Shown here piece after piece: positions 26,309 to 39,980 of a stretch of DNA of 64,000 bases. Below the pieces are notes generated by a model. It saw nothing but the letters and a program-made list of their open reading frames with translations. It ran no database searches and was not told where the DNA came from. The position numbers and the translations under genes are program-made. How positions within the stretch are numbered: the first letter of the stretch is position 1; every line of letters starts with the position of its first letter. The stretch is from Entomortierella parvispora E1425. Taxonomy: Eukaryota > Fungi > Mortierellomycota. Location: positions 1,116,001-1,180,000 of the forward strand of contig BQFW01000011.1 in NCBI GenBank assembly GCA_020891255.1, in the 5' to 3' direction.

Positions 26309-26738
26309 TGTGAATCCAACAAAGATTTGGAAAAAAAACGCGGGTGTTGGCGAATTTGTGATTTTTTTTTCTCGGAAATGAACAGGACAGGGAGATTGGT
26401 GGTGTGTTGGTGCGAGGGAGAGGCTCGGCCGAGCGAGAGAACAAAGAAAAAGAGGGTGCTTATCTCTGGGTGTTTATCTGTGAGTGGAAGGAGGAGAAGC
26501 GAGAGGTGGTAGGTGCGAGTGAAGTCGAGTAATTGATGCCGTGCAGGCCAAAGACCGCTTTTTGAAGGATGGTGAGAAAGAAAGAGGCACGAGCGAGAGG
26601 GACAGCGTGAAAGAGCGACAATATAGAGAGGGAAGGGGGTGGGGGGGGGGGGTCGAAGTTGGATCAACGCAAAGCTGGATTGAAGAAAAGAGGACTGAGA
26701 GGACAGGGAGCAAGAGGGTCGGCGTTTGTGAGCGTCTC

Positions 26739-26745
26739 TTTTATA
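26739..26745 (-). promoter_or_regulatory. TATA box candidate for the C2H2 gene
   Basis: TATAAAA followed by a CT-rich leader, about 430 nt upstream of ATG 26308. Confidence 0.45.
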
Positions 26746-29343
26746 GCTACGAGCACAAACAACCATGGGCCAAGGACCATGGGCCAGGGCAAGAGGGGAC
26801 TGACTAAAGAGGGTAGATGTGGTGAGGCTGGGAGATGGCACAGAGAGCAGATTGAGCAATGGGTGGACAGGACCGCTTGTTGGTCAGTGGATAGAAGATG
26901 AAAGGTGGTGGATACATACAGTCCAGGAAGGTGGTTTTGGGTGCATGAAAGAGAGGCTGCCCTTGTTGTTGTCTCTTTCATAGTTTTTCCATTGTCGAAT
27001 TGACTATTCTATTCTTTCTTTTCAGTCTTTGCAGGCACCATCCATCATTCGGTGTAGAGAATTGTGTCAACGGGATTCAGACGGCGGAGGAAGAGGAAGC
27101 AACTCCCAGGCAGACGCGTTTAATGGTCATTGTTGATTTTTTTTCTTGGTTCAGGGTGTTTGTGGGTATGAAATGCAGTGTTGATGGACGCAAATCGGTG
27201 TGCGTAAAATGAAAAATGAATACAACGGAGGGACGTGGGTGCAGTGTGGTGTGGTGCGAGCAATGGTGGTGGTGATGACGGTGGTGGCGATGACAATGAT
27301 GATTTTGGCTAACATTGATTCACCTTCAGATAGAGGGAGTTGGGCCAACGAAGGCTCAGCTCGCCTGTTCAGTGAAATGTAATGAACGACCAAGGAAAGG
27401 GCACTTGTGATGGTTCCTGAAGGGACCTCAACCTGTCCCAGAAGGGTGTGGCGACATTGCGATCGACCTCGGAATAGGACCCTGTGGTGCAACATCTGGC
27501 CCTGCACTTGCAACAATAGCTGCGACAGAGAAAGAAAGAGAGCCGAGTTCAGTCGAGGATAGTGGACGCACTGACTGATTGACACTCAAAACAGGAAGTC
27601 AAAGGATAGACAGAACAAGGGGATGCGGTCTTCATTTTCTGCGCGTTCATTTCCCACTTCCTGAAATAAATTATTGGGGTCTGGACCAGACACAGCAGCG
27701 GCAGCAGCAACAACAATGGGCCTTCTGGCAGCTCTATCTTTGTCCAGTTTCTCGACCGCCCCACACTCGACCGGAACCCCTCACCGTTCCCTTTCCACAT
27801 TGCCCATCGACGAAACATATGCGGTAGACGGATGAATGCGTTAATTATTCCAACCAGTTGCACTATTATTATGATGCTCCCGATAAGGGCATGCATATGC
27901 ACAAATCATCGCGCTACCTTCATAAGGTCAACAACATCTTGATTAGAGGGATCGAGGTGTTGTGCATTGTGGATTCACATTCCAATTTCAGAATGGCAAA
28001 AAAAGTTTTTCTCCATTCCCTTATTTCGAGGTTTGAGTAACAGCGGGCTTTCCTCCCCAGACGCACTGGCAGAAAAGTAATTATATTTTCCTGCGCGTTC
28101 GCAGGCAGGAGGAGGAGGTGGATGGCAGTAAGCGCTGCTCTCCCGACACGCGTTTCATTTTGTCGCCTCACCTGCTTGTCCTGTTGTGATGTTCGACCCT
28201 TTTTTTCTCCCTTCAGTGCATGTGCTGGCAGGACGCAAATGTATTATGAAATCAACTTTTCATGTTTATTTTGTTTTTGAAGAAAAAAGTGGTGGTGTGC
28301 ATGGATGTCGAAAGTCAGTTAAACCTTGGGACAAGATGGGATTGACTGGCGCGCAATGCTGACTGCTTGGTTTATCTCTTTGCATACCCGACGAGAAGTC
28401 GGTCTAGGGTTTGGGAACGAGAAGAGGAGGGGCAGACGATTGAGTGGCAAGGTGAATATCTTTCAGCACGTCCGCCCTCTGAGGATCGATGAGTTCGTGG
28501 CTTTCCGCATAACGATATGCACTTGGCAAACATAATTCAAGTACGCTTGTCCGACCACATCCGAGAGAAGGGCAAGAAAAAGAAGGCGAAGGGGTGGGGA
28601 TTGTATTTTGGACTTGGTCTGTTCATCTGTTCATACTTTTCCTCTTGTTCATCTTTTGTGCCCAAGGGTGGTGGTAGTGGTTCTGAGCACAAGAGACAAA
28701 AACACCAGGCACCTCCAAGAGCACTCAAGTTTTGCTTGATCTCATTTCCAGCGCGTTGTGATACCTTTTTCTCTTGTTTTCAGGTATGATGACATTTATT
28801 TGCTCCAAAGGCAAACCACATCAGGACTACGATAGCATTGACATGCATGGGCTGGTGTAAAAATAACACGAGCTTGAGCTTTTGCACAAGGAAAGAGTTG
28901 TCGGCCACTGTCCCCCATCCCCCGCCTCACCCCACATCACAACCTTCCTCTTCCCCCTCTGTTGAAGGGGACGCGTTTGATGAGTTGTTAAGTCGCGAAG
29001 AGGAGAGATAGAGAGCAACAAACATGACACCGCAGATCCAGGGCTATTACTACTCAAATAACTGTCTGCGCTCTGGACACCCTGTATCGACGGGTTTAGG
29101 GCCCTTGCATCATGTTGCCAGGGCACGTATGAGCGAGATATGTGGCGGAAGAGATGACGGTGGTGATCATTTCCGCGTCCTTGAGGCCGAGACCATGCCT
29201 GGGAGAAGGTGGTTGTGGCTTGGCCGCCACCTTACGCAGCCTGACTTTTTTTAGCCTTGTCCCTTGTCCCTATCCCTTCCCTTCTTGCCTCGACCCACCG
29301 ACATCCCCTCCCTTTGTCTGCCCCTCCGCCTAATTATACCGTC

Positions 29344-30755
<1,412 letters not shown>

Positions 30756-31301
30756 AGAAACTGTTAATAACTTAATCACGTCCATCTGAATTCTCAACCA
30801 CTATTCGGCATCATCTATCCGTAGGGTTGTCATTTGCACTTCATTTTCCCTATAAATAACAAACATTTTCAAGCAGGTGGCAACTGGCGAGCGAGGTCCA
30901 ATTGCGTCTTCGACCATTGTGGGCAAACAACGTCTTTGCTTGACGCTTTTGGAATTGGTCCGCACGTCGGAGAAGAAGGGGATGAGACAACTCGCTCTTT
31001 CTGCCTTTCTGTTTGAAGTTGATTCATCTTCAAACAATATGTTTGGAGGAGGGAAACTAGGAAAGGAGGGAGGGGGAGGCTGATGGATCATGCATGTCAT
31101 GTTAATTGCTTCCTTCCTTTTCTTTCATTTTCTGATCGCGCACAGTCCCTGTCTTTTCCTCACGTTCAAGAATATTTGTACACCAAGCAATGATGAAGAG
31201 CAGCAACTGTATCTGTTCGCAAACATGAAGAAAAGGTTGGATATATTTAGAAGTGTAGAGGAACGTCTTAAAGGAGGCGGGAATAGATCTTTAAAGAGAG
31301 T

Positions 31302-33026
31302 TTACATGTACTCCATCTTGCGCTTGTGCCAGTCCAGCTGTCGAAGTGCGCCTACTCTGGAAAAGGTGCTCATATGGATACCGATCAAGGCTTGGGCGTG
31401 CGCCATGAGAACCTGATCCACCATCATCGGTCCAAAAACACCTAGTCGCTCCGCTGAGCCAATGCGTTCGTGATCCAAATAGGTCCAGCCCAGATCTGCA
31501 AACTTTTTCAGTTCCTCCGGACGCTTCTCGTTCGTCGCTACAAATACTGGCATGATCTCCGAAAGCGCTCCCGTGGGGTTGTACATGTTTTGGACCTTTT
31601 CCACCCTTCTTGAGAAGTCTTCCGTTGACGGCAGACAGCTGCTCATTTTGGGCCCTGGGAAGTTACTGGCACAGTACTGAGCGAAATCACCGCGGCGCGC
31701 ATGGATGGCAATGTACCGCTGCGTGGGCAGAATCGACTGTGTTAACTTGGAGTCATACACGGGATCGCGTTTCTCCAAAGTCCTGTCCAAAAACTCTGCG
31801 ACAAAGTCTTCTAACTCCGCTGTGAAGTGCAAATGCTGACCGAATCGTTTCCATTCCGACTTGTCTGGGATGCTGATCTTGTAGGTATTGCTGATACAAA
31901 GAAACTTGTCGTCTTTGTAAGGGTTCAAAACTTTGGCAATTGTTTCAATCTTGTTGGCATCGACAGACAATCTTGAGAGAGAATGGTTGAATTTCCACTG
32001 CTTCAAGAAACCCTTGGCAGTGAAATCAATCTCGCGTTTAGATCCAAAGCCACAGGTGATGTGGCACTTGAAGGTGCTGTAGGCAGCCGTGTCCACATCC
32101 CGGAGGTTATGGTACTCGACCACTTTGGCGCCTGTAAGCTCCTTGAACTTTTCCAGATCCAGAAACTTTGACCAGGGCTGGTTCTGCTTGGACTTGTCGT
32201 GACTCGAGGCGGTAATAGGAGGAATGATCAGAGTCCTTCCCAGAGATTTTGCAACTTCGAGGCCACGAAGGATACCATAGAACTGATTGGTGATGCCGGC
32301 ATAGGGCAGGTACGTGAGAAACTTTTCATCGCTCAATTGGTCCAGAGTGTCTTCAAAGGGCACAATATCTTCTTCCTCTTCTTCGGTGTCCTCTGCAATG
32401 CCCTCCACATCCTCCTCGTCCTCGGGAACCGAGCTGTCCTTGCTGTTTTTCCCCCTGCTGTCGTAGCCGCCGTTCATATTGGAGCCATCTTTGACAGGAG
32501 AGAGATCGTCTGCGAGTCGATTCATGTCTTCCTCGTCTTCTTCTGACCTAGCTCTGTCTCCATCCATTGGTGGCTGTTCTTGTTCGTTATTCTTGTGTTT
32601 GTCGTTAGAGAGATCATGGCTGTTGTTGTCGACGTTCCAGGGACTACCAGCGTCCCTATTTTCGCCATTTAGGTCGTATTTTATCCGGTGACCACCCTGC
32701 TCGAGGGCGCGATCGAATTGTGGAGAGTCGTTATCATGAGGATATTTGTTATTGCTGATGATGTTGTTGTCCTTCCTCTCCCATCGGATGATGGAAAAGT
32801 CCTCATCCTTGTTGCATCCAAGTCCATGCCTGTTGCCACTCGAGGATGAGGATGAACCGCCAGTTGCAGCATGGAAGACAAGCATGGACCCTGACGTGAC
32901 CAGAAGCAAAAGCGCGATCAGGACAATCAGTTGTCTTGGAGTGTGTCGCCTGGACGAGACCGCGCCAGCACTAGTGGATGAATAGCGAGGCAGCATGGCC
33001 GACCGGAACTTTGGAGAGGTGGCCAT
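31302..33026 (-). CDS. GDP-fucose O-fucosyltransferase family (O-FucT) type II membrane protein, 574 aa, intronless
   Basis: N-terminal TM LIVLIALLLLVTSGSMLVF, acidic stem, FLTYLPYAGITNQF...GRTLIIPP, YIAIHARRGDF, VFVATNE, DQVLMAHA..IGIHMSTFS. First ATG at 33026 (the ORF-track start is TTG). Confidence 0.85.
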   Translation of the reverse strand: MATSPKFRSAMLPRYSSTSAGAVSSRRHTPRQLIVLIALLLLVTSGSMLVFHAATGGSSSSSSGNRHGLGCNKDEDFSIIRWERKDNNIISNNKYPHDNDSPQFDRALEQGGHRIKYDLNGENRDAGSPWNVDNNSHDLSNDKHKNNEQEQPPMDGDRARSEEDEEDMNRLADDLSPVKDGSNMNGGYDSRGKNSKDSSVPEDEEDVEGIAEDTEEEEEDIVPFEDTLDQLSDEKFLTYLPYAGITNQFYGILRGLEVAKSLGRTLIIPPITASSHDKSKQNQPWSKFLDLEKFKELTGAKVVEYHNLRDVDTAAYSTFKCHITCGFGSKREIDFTAKGFLKQWKFNHSLSRLSVDANKIETIAKVLNPYKDDKFLCISNTYKISIPDKSEWKRFGQHLHFTAELEDFVAEFLDRTLEKRDPVYDSKLTQSILPTQRYIAIHARRGDFAQYCASNFPGPKMSSCLPSTEDFSRRVEKVQNMYNPTGALSEIMPVFVATNEKRPEELKKFADLGWTYLDHERIGSAERLGVFGPMMVDQVLMAHAQALIGIHMSTFSRVGALRQLDWHKRKMEYM

Positions 33027-33980
33027 AGTTGAAGGAGGGGGGAGGCTATTATTCCAAGGCAATCGATCCTTGTATCCTGTGTAGTTTTTGTCGCGGGTGA
33101 GTGTTGCGTCGTTTAAGCGGTGAGGGTCCGTCCGACAGGTCGAAGGCGATAGCGAAAGCGGTGGAGAAGAGACAGGAACAAAAACAAAGGGTTCGAGAGA
33201 CTGCAGTCGAGAGTGCCCTGAATAACCGTTTGGGAATCGATCGGTGAGCGAACGAAGGGGGCGTCTATTTCAGAGTACAGCGACGGACGGGAGGGACGAT
33301 GAGACCCAGAGGAGGAGGAGGAGGAGGAGAAGGAGATGAAGGAGATGAAGGATGAAGAATGAAAAAGAAATAAGAAGCAACCGGAAGGAAAGATACAGTT
33401 CAATAGGGGCCTGTCTGTTCTCCGCTCTCTTCTTTGCACCACCATGAGCAGAACAGCTGGACACCCGCGACTGGACTCTCCGCTCATGTTCATTTAGTGT
33501 ATGGTTTGATATGAGGAGAGCCCTTCTTGCTGCTATCTTTTCACAGTACCGTACAGTACATGTACTGTACTTTTCCCATCGCTCTTCTTCCCCTCCTTCC
33601 TCTCGTCTATAGAGTTCATTCTGCAAGTCGAATGGCGAGCAGAAGCGGCACCACTTGGACAGGGCAAGCAAGGTCAAGGTGCCCACACCGATGCAAGAGA
33701 AGTAAACAGCAGCCCAGCCGTCACATAGGCCGCCGCCACAACTTCCCTGGACAAATTAGTGTCCCCCTCGATCGGACACCAGACTTGCTTCTCCCTCCGC
33801 TGCCATGTGGTTGGCTGGGTGGTCTCAACCCTCTATTGCATTCCTCTTTGCCTTCATTCCCATTTCCTGGTCGGTCTCCCACTCCCTCCGCTCTCATTAA
33901 TCATCCCATCCCATCCCATCCTCATTACATCATCCACCACTGGAAGAGCACACACACGCACACACACGCCCTTGATAAGA

Positions 33981-36466
33981 ATGCCAACTACCATCCCCAC
34001 GCCGAGCATCAACATCTCGGCGTCGCGCTCCGCCTTCGCGCCTTCCAACTCTACCTCCACCTCGTCCTCGCATTCATCCAATGCCACCCTAGCTCCCTCC
34101 AATCACCACACTCCGCTCTCCACCTCCTCCGCCGCATCCTCTCCGTTCAATCCCGGGGCCTTGGCCGCGGCTGCAGCCCTTCGTCGACCTTCTCTTGTGC
34201 TCTCTGTTGGTTCGTTTCATTCGGCACAGCTCCGGAGACCTTCATTCTTCGCACCCTTCCCATATGGCCAGTCGCCACAGCAGTCCGAGTACGTATTCTC
34301 TTTTTTTGTTTGCTCGTCGTTATCGTGGTGTCTCGGGTTTTATGCTTTGAGGATAAATCGGCCATGAACGCACTTACGCAGCCCATGCGCAGATTTGTCA
34401 GCCAGTTCAGACAGTGGTATCTTCCCTGCCAATATTGCTGCAAAAAGAGTGGGAGGGACATACAACAAAGGAGTGATATTCTAGGGTTTATCCATTCTGA
34501 CTATTGTTGGCTCTTTCTAACCTTCTTCTCTCTAATTGAACACAGCCTTGCGATCCATGATTACAGTTCCTCTCCTCGACGGGGAGACGTCTACCAACGG
34601 GATCTGGAAGACAACTATTGTAAAAACTTCTCTTGCTGTGGCCTCACCTTGGGCGATCTTCATGCGCTCCTGCAGCACTACGAAGAAGCTCACGTGCGTT
34701 TTGAGGAGGACGACGACAATGGTCACCCTGTGCCCGCTGGATTCACGGACGAGGATGGATGGTCCACCGGTGCTTCAGATACAACCATGAACGGAGGAGG
34801 TCGATCCCTCAATAATGGATATCCTGGCAATAACAACAGCAACAGCAACCAACAACACCCTCTTAAGAATGGTTCCTCTTCCTCCTCCTCTGCCACAGCC
34901 GCCGCCGCCGCCACTGTGGCCGCATTAACTTCAAGCCATCAGCTTCAGCAGCAAAAGCACACCCCAATCTCACTCTTGAACGCAAATAAGAAAAAGAGTA
35001 ACGGCACCAGCGGAAATACTAGTGGAGGCGTCACCATGTCGGATCTTTATTCGGACGATTCTGGGTTTTCACACGATGATGCAATCTCTGCGTTTCCAAA
35101 CTCGATCCTCAGAACAGCTGCTCAGGCAGAGTTCTCCAATTTGGCCAGCAAGAAGAGAGATCTCTCTACTTATTCGACCTCCTATGATACCCACAGCCCC
35201 ATGTCCAAAAAGTTTTCAAACCTTGTCACGCTTACGCCTTCTGCCAGCAACGTGACAACGACGAGTGTCTCTACCTCTTCAACCTCAAAGACGAATCGGA
35301 ACAACGGTATTGTGGGGCTTGCTTTGCCCCCTACCTCCTCAGGCAAGGAATCGATCCAGCCTAGCAGCAGCAGCGGCGGTCTGTCCCCAGCCGCCGCAAA
35401 GGCACAGGATGAAGTAGTAAATACGGTAACGGGTTACCTGGAACATGCGATCCAACAAGGAATGTTGCAGAACTGTGGCGAAGTCGGATCACCTCAATAT
35501 GTCAAGGCGGCAGAGGAATTGATCAGGAAGCGCGAAGAGATTATGAGCATCATGGAGAGCATTGGCAAGCCGGGATCTTCTGGTGCAGACAAACCCTACC
35601 GCTGTCTAGTCGAGGGATGCGACAAAGCCTACAAGAATCCAAATGGACTGAAGTACCACAATCAGCACGGCCATTGTTCCACACCAGGCGCAACAGAGGA
35701 GGACAAGTTGAATGCGAAGCCTTACAGGTGCACTTTTCTTGAGTGTGGCAAATGTTACAAAAACTTGAACGGACTCAAGTATCACATTGAGCACTCGCAC
35801 CCGAACCTGGCCGCGGCTTTGCATGCCAACATTCCTGGACTGGCGACCCTTGAGGGTGGAAATGTGAGTCAGGCGGCAATGGCAGCCGCAGCGGCGATTG
35901 CGGCGGTTAAGAACGATCCCAACATGATGGCTGCGGCTGCTGCCATTATGGCTTCTGCCGCCAACAGCAACACTGCCGCCCAGAGGCTCTCTCCTCCAAC
36001 AGATCATACACCGGACTCCAGCCCCAATTCAAGTCCAGTCTTGGCGCCCGCTTTCGCCGCCGGTGCTCATGCAGGACTGCCCAGTAGTCAGCTCAGCAAC
36101 ATGACTTCGTATCGAGGGGGAGATGGAAGCGTATTCTCCACGGATGTCACCCCCATGACCTCCCCTGTGCTCAGTCGGGCAACGCTTCCTGGACTGAACA
36201 CAAACCATCACCCACTTTCGATCCAAACAGGAGCACACTCTTTGATTGGATTGGCAGGTATGGCTACTCCCTCTTCGCTTTCGCCCACGTTGACCTCGGC
36301 TCAGCCTCGATCCCCCACAAGCATTTCGCAGGTTTCAACTCTCACAGCCGCCCTGGCAGCGGTGACGGTGGAACAACAACGGCAGCAGCAACAGCAGTTG
36401 CAGCAGTTACAACATCAGCTGCATTTGCAGCAACAGCAGCAGCAGCAAAGATCTCATCCAATGTAA
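33981..36466 (+). CDS. SFP1: SFP1-like split C2H2 zinc-finger transcription factor, 742 aa
   Basis: Exons 33981-34288, 34546-36466. N-terminal YCKNFSCCGLTLGDLHALLQHYEEAH; KPYRCLVEGCDKAYKNPNGLKYH and KPYRC..CGKCYKNLNGLKYH; C-terminal polyQ. Confidence 0.88.
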
Positions 36467-36727
36467 ATGTCGAGGGTTCTTGACACAGTATCCATTTGGT
36501 CCGCTATCCTTTTTCTTATTTTCCCTCCCTACTCTTCACCAAGACTTCATTTCCATGTCTTCAATGTGCTTGTATCTTTTCTTTCTTTCTTTCTTTAGTC
36601 GTCGCATGTTCTGCATATTTTTTTTCTCTCATGTTCATTCCCCTGCATTTCTTCCTTTTCCTCCTCGATATATCCAACTACACTTGAAATAAATCCATGA
36701 AAAAAAGAGTTTTTTTTTTGTGATTTC

Positions 36728-39302
36728 TCATGTACTGAACGTTACAGCTGGTGGACTATGAGAGGATGACTGGAATGGCGGAGATGAGGAAACTGCAGAT
36801 GCTTGGGGGATCTGGAAAGTAACACTTGGGCCTGTACTGGAGCCCAAGACTGCCGCCGAGGATGCTTGTTTCATGAGCGAGCTAGATCCTGATCTGGGAA
36901 GAGGCGGGGGAAGAGGAGGTTGAGACTGAGTTGAAGGATGGTTGGTACTGCCCATAGCCGACAGCACAGAGTCACCCATATCATTCGAATCCGTGTTGTT
37001 GCAGACAAGAGGAGCAACCAAAGGCGATGGATCTTGATCCTGCAACTCCTTCTCCCGTGCTACCCGAGCACATTCCACATGGAGAGCATCCAGCCATTGC
37101 AATAGCGTATCTTCGTCTGGCGCACAACAGACAAAGCTCCTCTTCGATGTCACAATTCGGAGGCAGTATTGCTTGTGTTTGGAGACCGGATCTGTCTGGA
37201 GACAATCGATTATAGTTGAAAGCGGAATGATGCCATGGGGTTGATACTCCTTTTGGTTTTTGTAATACGTCAACTTGTCCCCACGGAGAACAAACCACTT
37301 CTTGCGCCAGGTCTTGTAGGTGTTGCCAAGCTTGAGTAGATATCCTTGCCGTACCACCTTACTCTCCAATTGCTCGTTTGTTACCAATCCTGACCCAGGC
37401 ATATTTGCTTCAGCTGCAACGCGACCTGCTTCCAAAAAACAAGGGTCATCCACTACCCCATCATCCTCTTCTTCCCCGGATGACGCGTGGTTGTTCGCAT
37501 TCGCGCTCGTCCCAAACTGTTCCCCACCAGAACCATAGCCTCCCAGTGATGAAGGGGTGCCAGGAACATTGTTGAGAGAGTAGTTGGATGAGAATGAATT
37601 TGCCAGCGGTCCTTCGTCGTCATTACCGCTACCAAAACCGTTGCGGGGTGGTGAAGCCGGCGAAGTGCTGCCACCGATACGAATTGCCTGTGTATTCGAA
37701 GTTATCAAAGACAGTCCTCCGCTAGGGTCGTTCCTCTGCGGTTGCTGTAGCACCCTACTCGTGTTTGTAATCGGCCCATTGTTGTTAAGAGGCGAAATTG
37801 AGCCTGAGGGCATCTGACCCATGGACTGACTCATCAAACCTAGCGACAGGCCAGAAACCTTGTGGTTGTTATTGCCGCCGTTGCTACTGTTGCCATGCTG
37901 TGCCTCAAGCGGGCGGGATAAAGGTGATGAGGCAGGAGGTGACATATGTCGCGGAGAGCTCAGACCACTTGAGCCTACACCAGTGCCTGTCTCTGTGCCC
38001 GTCAACAGACCCGGATCTGAGAGGGAAAGAGGATGAGCTTGTTGTCGCCTTGGCAAAAGTGTGCCCGAGCCCTGTTTCACCAATTCGGGCTTTGCCGACA
38101 ATGGCGACGAAGGTATTGTCCGAGACTGAGAATTTGGGTGAAGGGGATCCAGTAGTTGTGGACTTGATCCGGAGAAGGAATCAATGTCTGAGCTGGACGT
38201 GAGTTCATACTGAACTTTGGTCTGGTTGATAGCCTTAATCCACTCCTCCATGTCAGCAACGCTGTCGGCTTGTACTGTAAAGGTCCTCTTTGGCGTAAGA
38301 ATGACAAAGACCCCTGTCCTGTTCTTAACAACAACTTCCGCCGCTCGATGGACATCCCTGATGTCGACAATCCGAAGAAGTTCATACTCCTATCAGAAAG
38401 GGTAATATGGCAGGCTCGATTAGCCTTTGCTGCAAACCATTGGTGCACCGCGCATGTCCAGGTCCCAAAGCAGGGAACAACGGAGAGCATCTCTATACCT
38501 TGCTGTCTTTATAGTATGCGAGTTTTGAAGTCCGAAGGACGAACCACCTCTTCTTCCAGATCTACATGCAGACGCGATATTGTTGAAAAACAAGGTCAAT
38601 TCATCGTTAGAACGAATAAGAATCTTCACTAGGGGGCTATCCGGAAGCCACAGAGTCGTTCGCTTCTCGAGAGGATTGAATGTGTTGTATTGAAGGGTCT
38701 GCAAAAACGTTGGTTCCCCTGACCACAAGTACGAGCCCAATATCGCGCAGAGAGTCAATCAATACGTTGCTCACTCCATTTTTTTGATGCCCATTGAGCT
38801 TTTTATATCTTTTTTTTGTCCGTCCCTCCCTTGCTCTCTCTCCCTCGACGGCACACCACACCTCTGTGGTTTTCCAACTTATCCGGCGCCCCTCTCGTTC
38901 TATCTTCTCCTATGAGAGTAATCCTTGATGCTCTCAAGAAGCAGAATACTATTGACCGTTGCACGACTATTTTCTTTGGCCTTCCTTTGCGAGCTATCCA
39001 CACACTAAAATAAATCATTCATTTACCTTGATGCGTTCACCTTTCTTGTGAAGATACCCAGACTTGACAATCTGACCTTCCTGCAGGGTCTCCCTTGAGG
39101 GTCCAAGCTCCATGTCGTTGTCAATATCGGAGTCATATTGCTCGTATTGGTCGTCCGAGAAGGTGACTCCAGGTGAGGTTGCTCCTGCCTGTAAGTACTG
39201 CTGCTGCTGCTGATGTGAAGGGGGCGACGGTGGCGAGTGCTGGTGTTGCTGACGTGGTTGTACTGCCTGTACGTTTTCGCTTGCAGCGTGTGTCTGTATC
39301 AT
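36728..39302 (-). CDS. Tandem PH-domain protein (OPY1-like), 666 aa
   Basis: Exons 39302-39027, 38561-38499, 38389-36728. PH1 KSGYLHKKGERIK|IWKKRWFVLRTSKLAYYKDSK|EYELLR...EEWIKAIN; PH2 RQGYLLKLGNTYKTWRKKWFVLRGDKLTYYK...QWLDAL. Confidence 0.87.
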
Positions 39303-39980
39303 GATGAAGTGGTGTCTGTAAAGAAAAATATAATACACGTTGGTATGGTTAGTTGGGCTGTTAACGCATGCATTCCGTGCAAGACCTGCTTTCTTCCTTC
39401 TAATGGCGCATTTGCAAAGTTGCTTGTTGCCCTTTGACGGTATTCCGGGGCAACGCCGCGGGGCTGGCCGACGTGAGGAACCTGCTGACTTTATTCACCT
39501 GTGACTATGCTCGTGTGTAGCGAGAAACGAATGGGAAAGTGCCCGTCCTGGAAAAGCGTACAGGGGTCTAAGTGAGGAAAGGATGAGGGAGTGGGACTGC
39601 GAAGTGAAGGTGAGGGGTGCGAGAAGTAAGGAAGGAAGGAATGGAAGAGCTGGAGGGAATGATGGAGAATGTGGAAGAGAAAAGAGAATGGAGAGCGAGA
39701 AGCAAAGAGGGAACAGAAAAAAAGGGTTTTGAGCATGGGTCCCAGCCAGCGGCTGACACAGCTCTCTGGCCATGCAAAAAAGAGATGCCTGGCTGGGCTG
39801 TCTTTTCTCTTTTCAATGACGCTTCTTGCTCCTGTTGCTTTGTTGTTCTTTCAACCATGGGACTTTTTTTTATTTTTTATTTTCTGTACTACGACGATGC
39901 ATCGCATCATCGCGCCTCGTTGTTCTTTCCCTTTCCTTCACTCATCGGACAATCAAGTCAGACAAGCCAGAGAATGTCCA

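Noticed and set aside
26630-26790. G-run and CCATGGGCCA direct repeat upstream of the C2H2 gene
   Set aside because: Short and low complexity; G/C homopolymers recur elsewhere (47330, 53930, 59870) without a pattern.
27151-28040. Plus-strand splice-like signals (GTATGA...GCTAAC...CAG) and short ORFs
   Set aside because: No coherent ORF; joining the pieces would need a 34-nt intron. At most a non-coding transcript.
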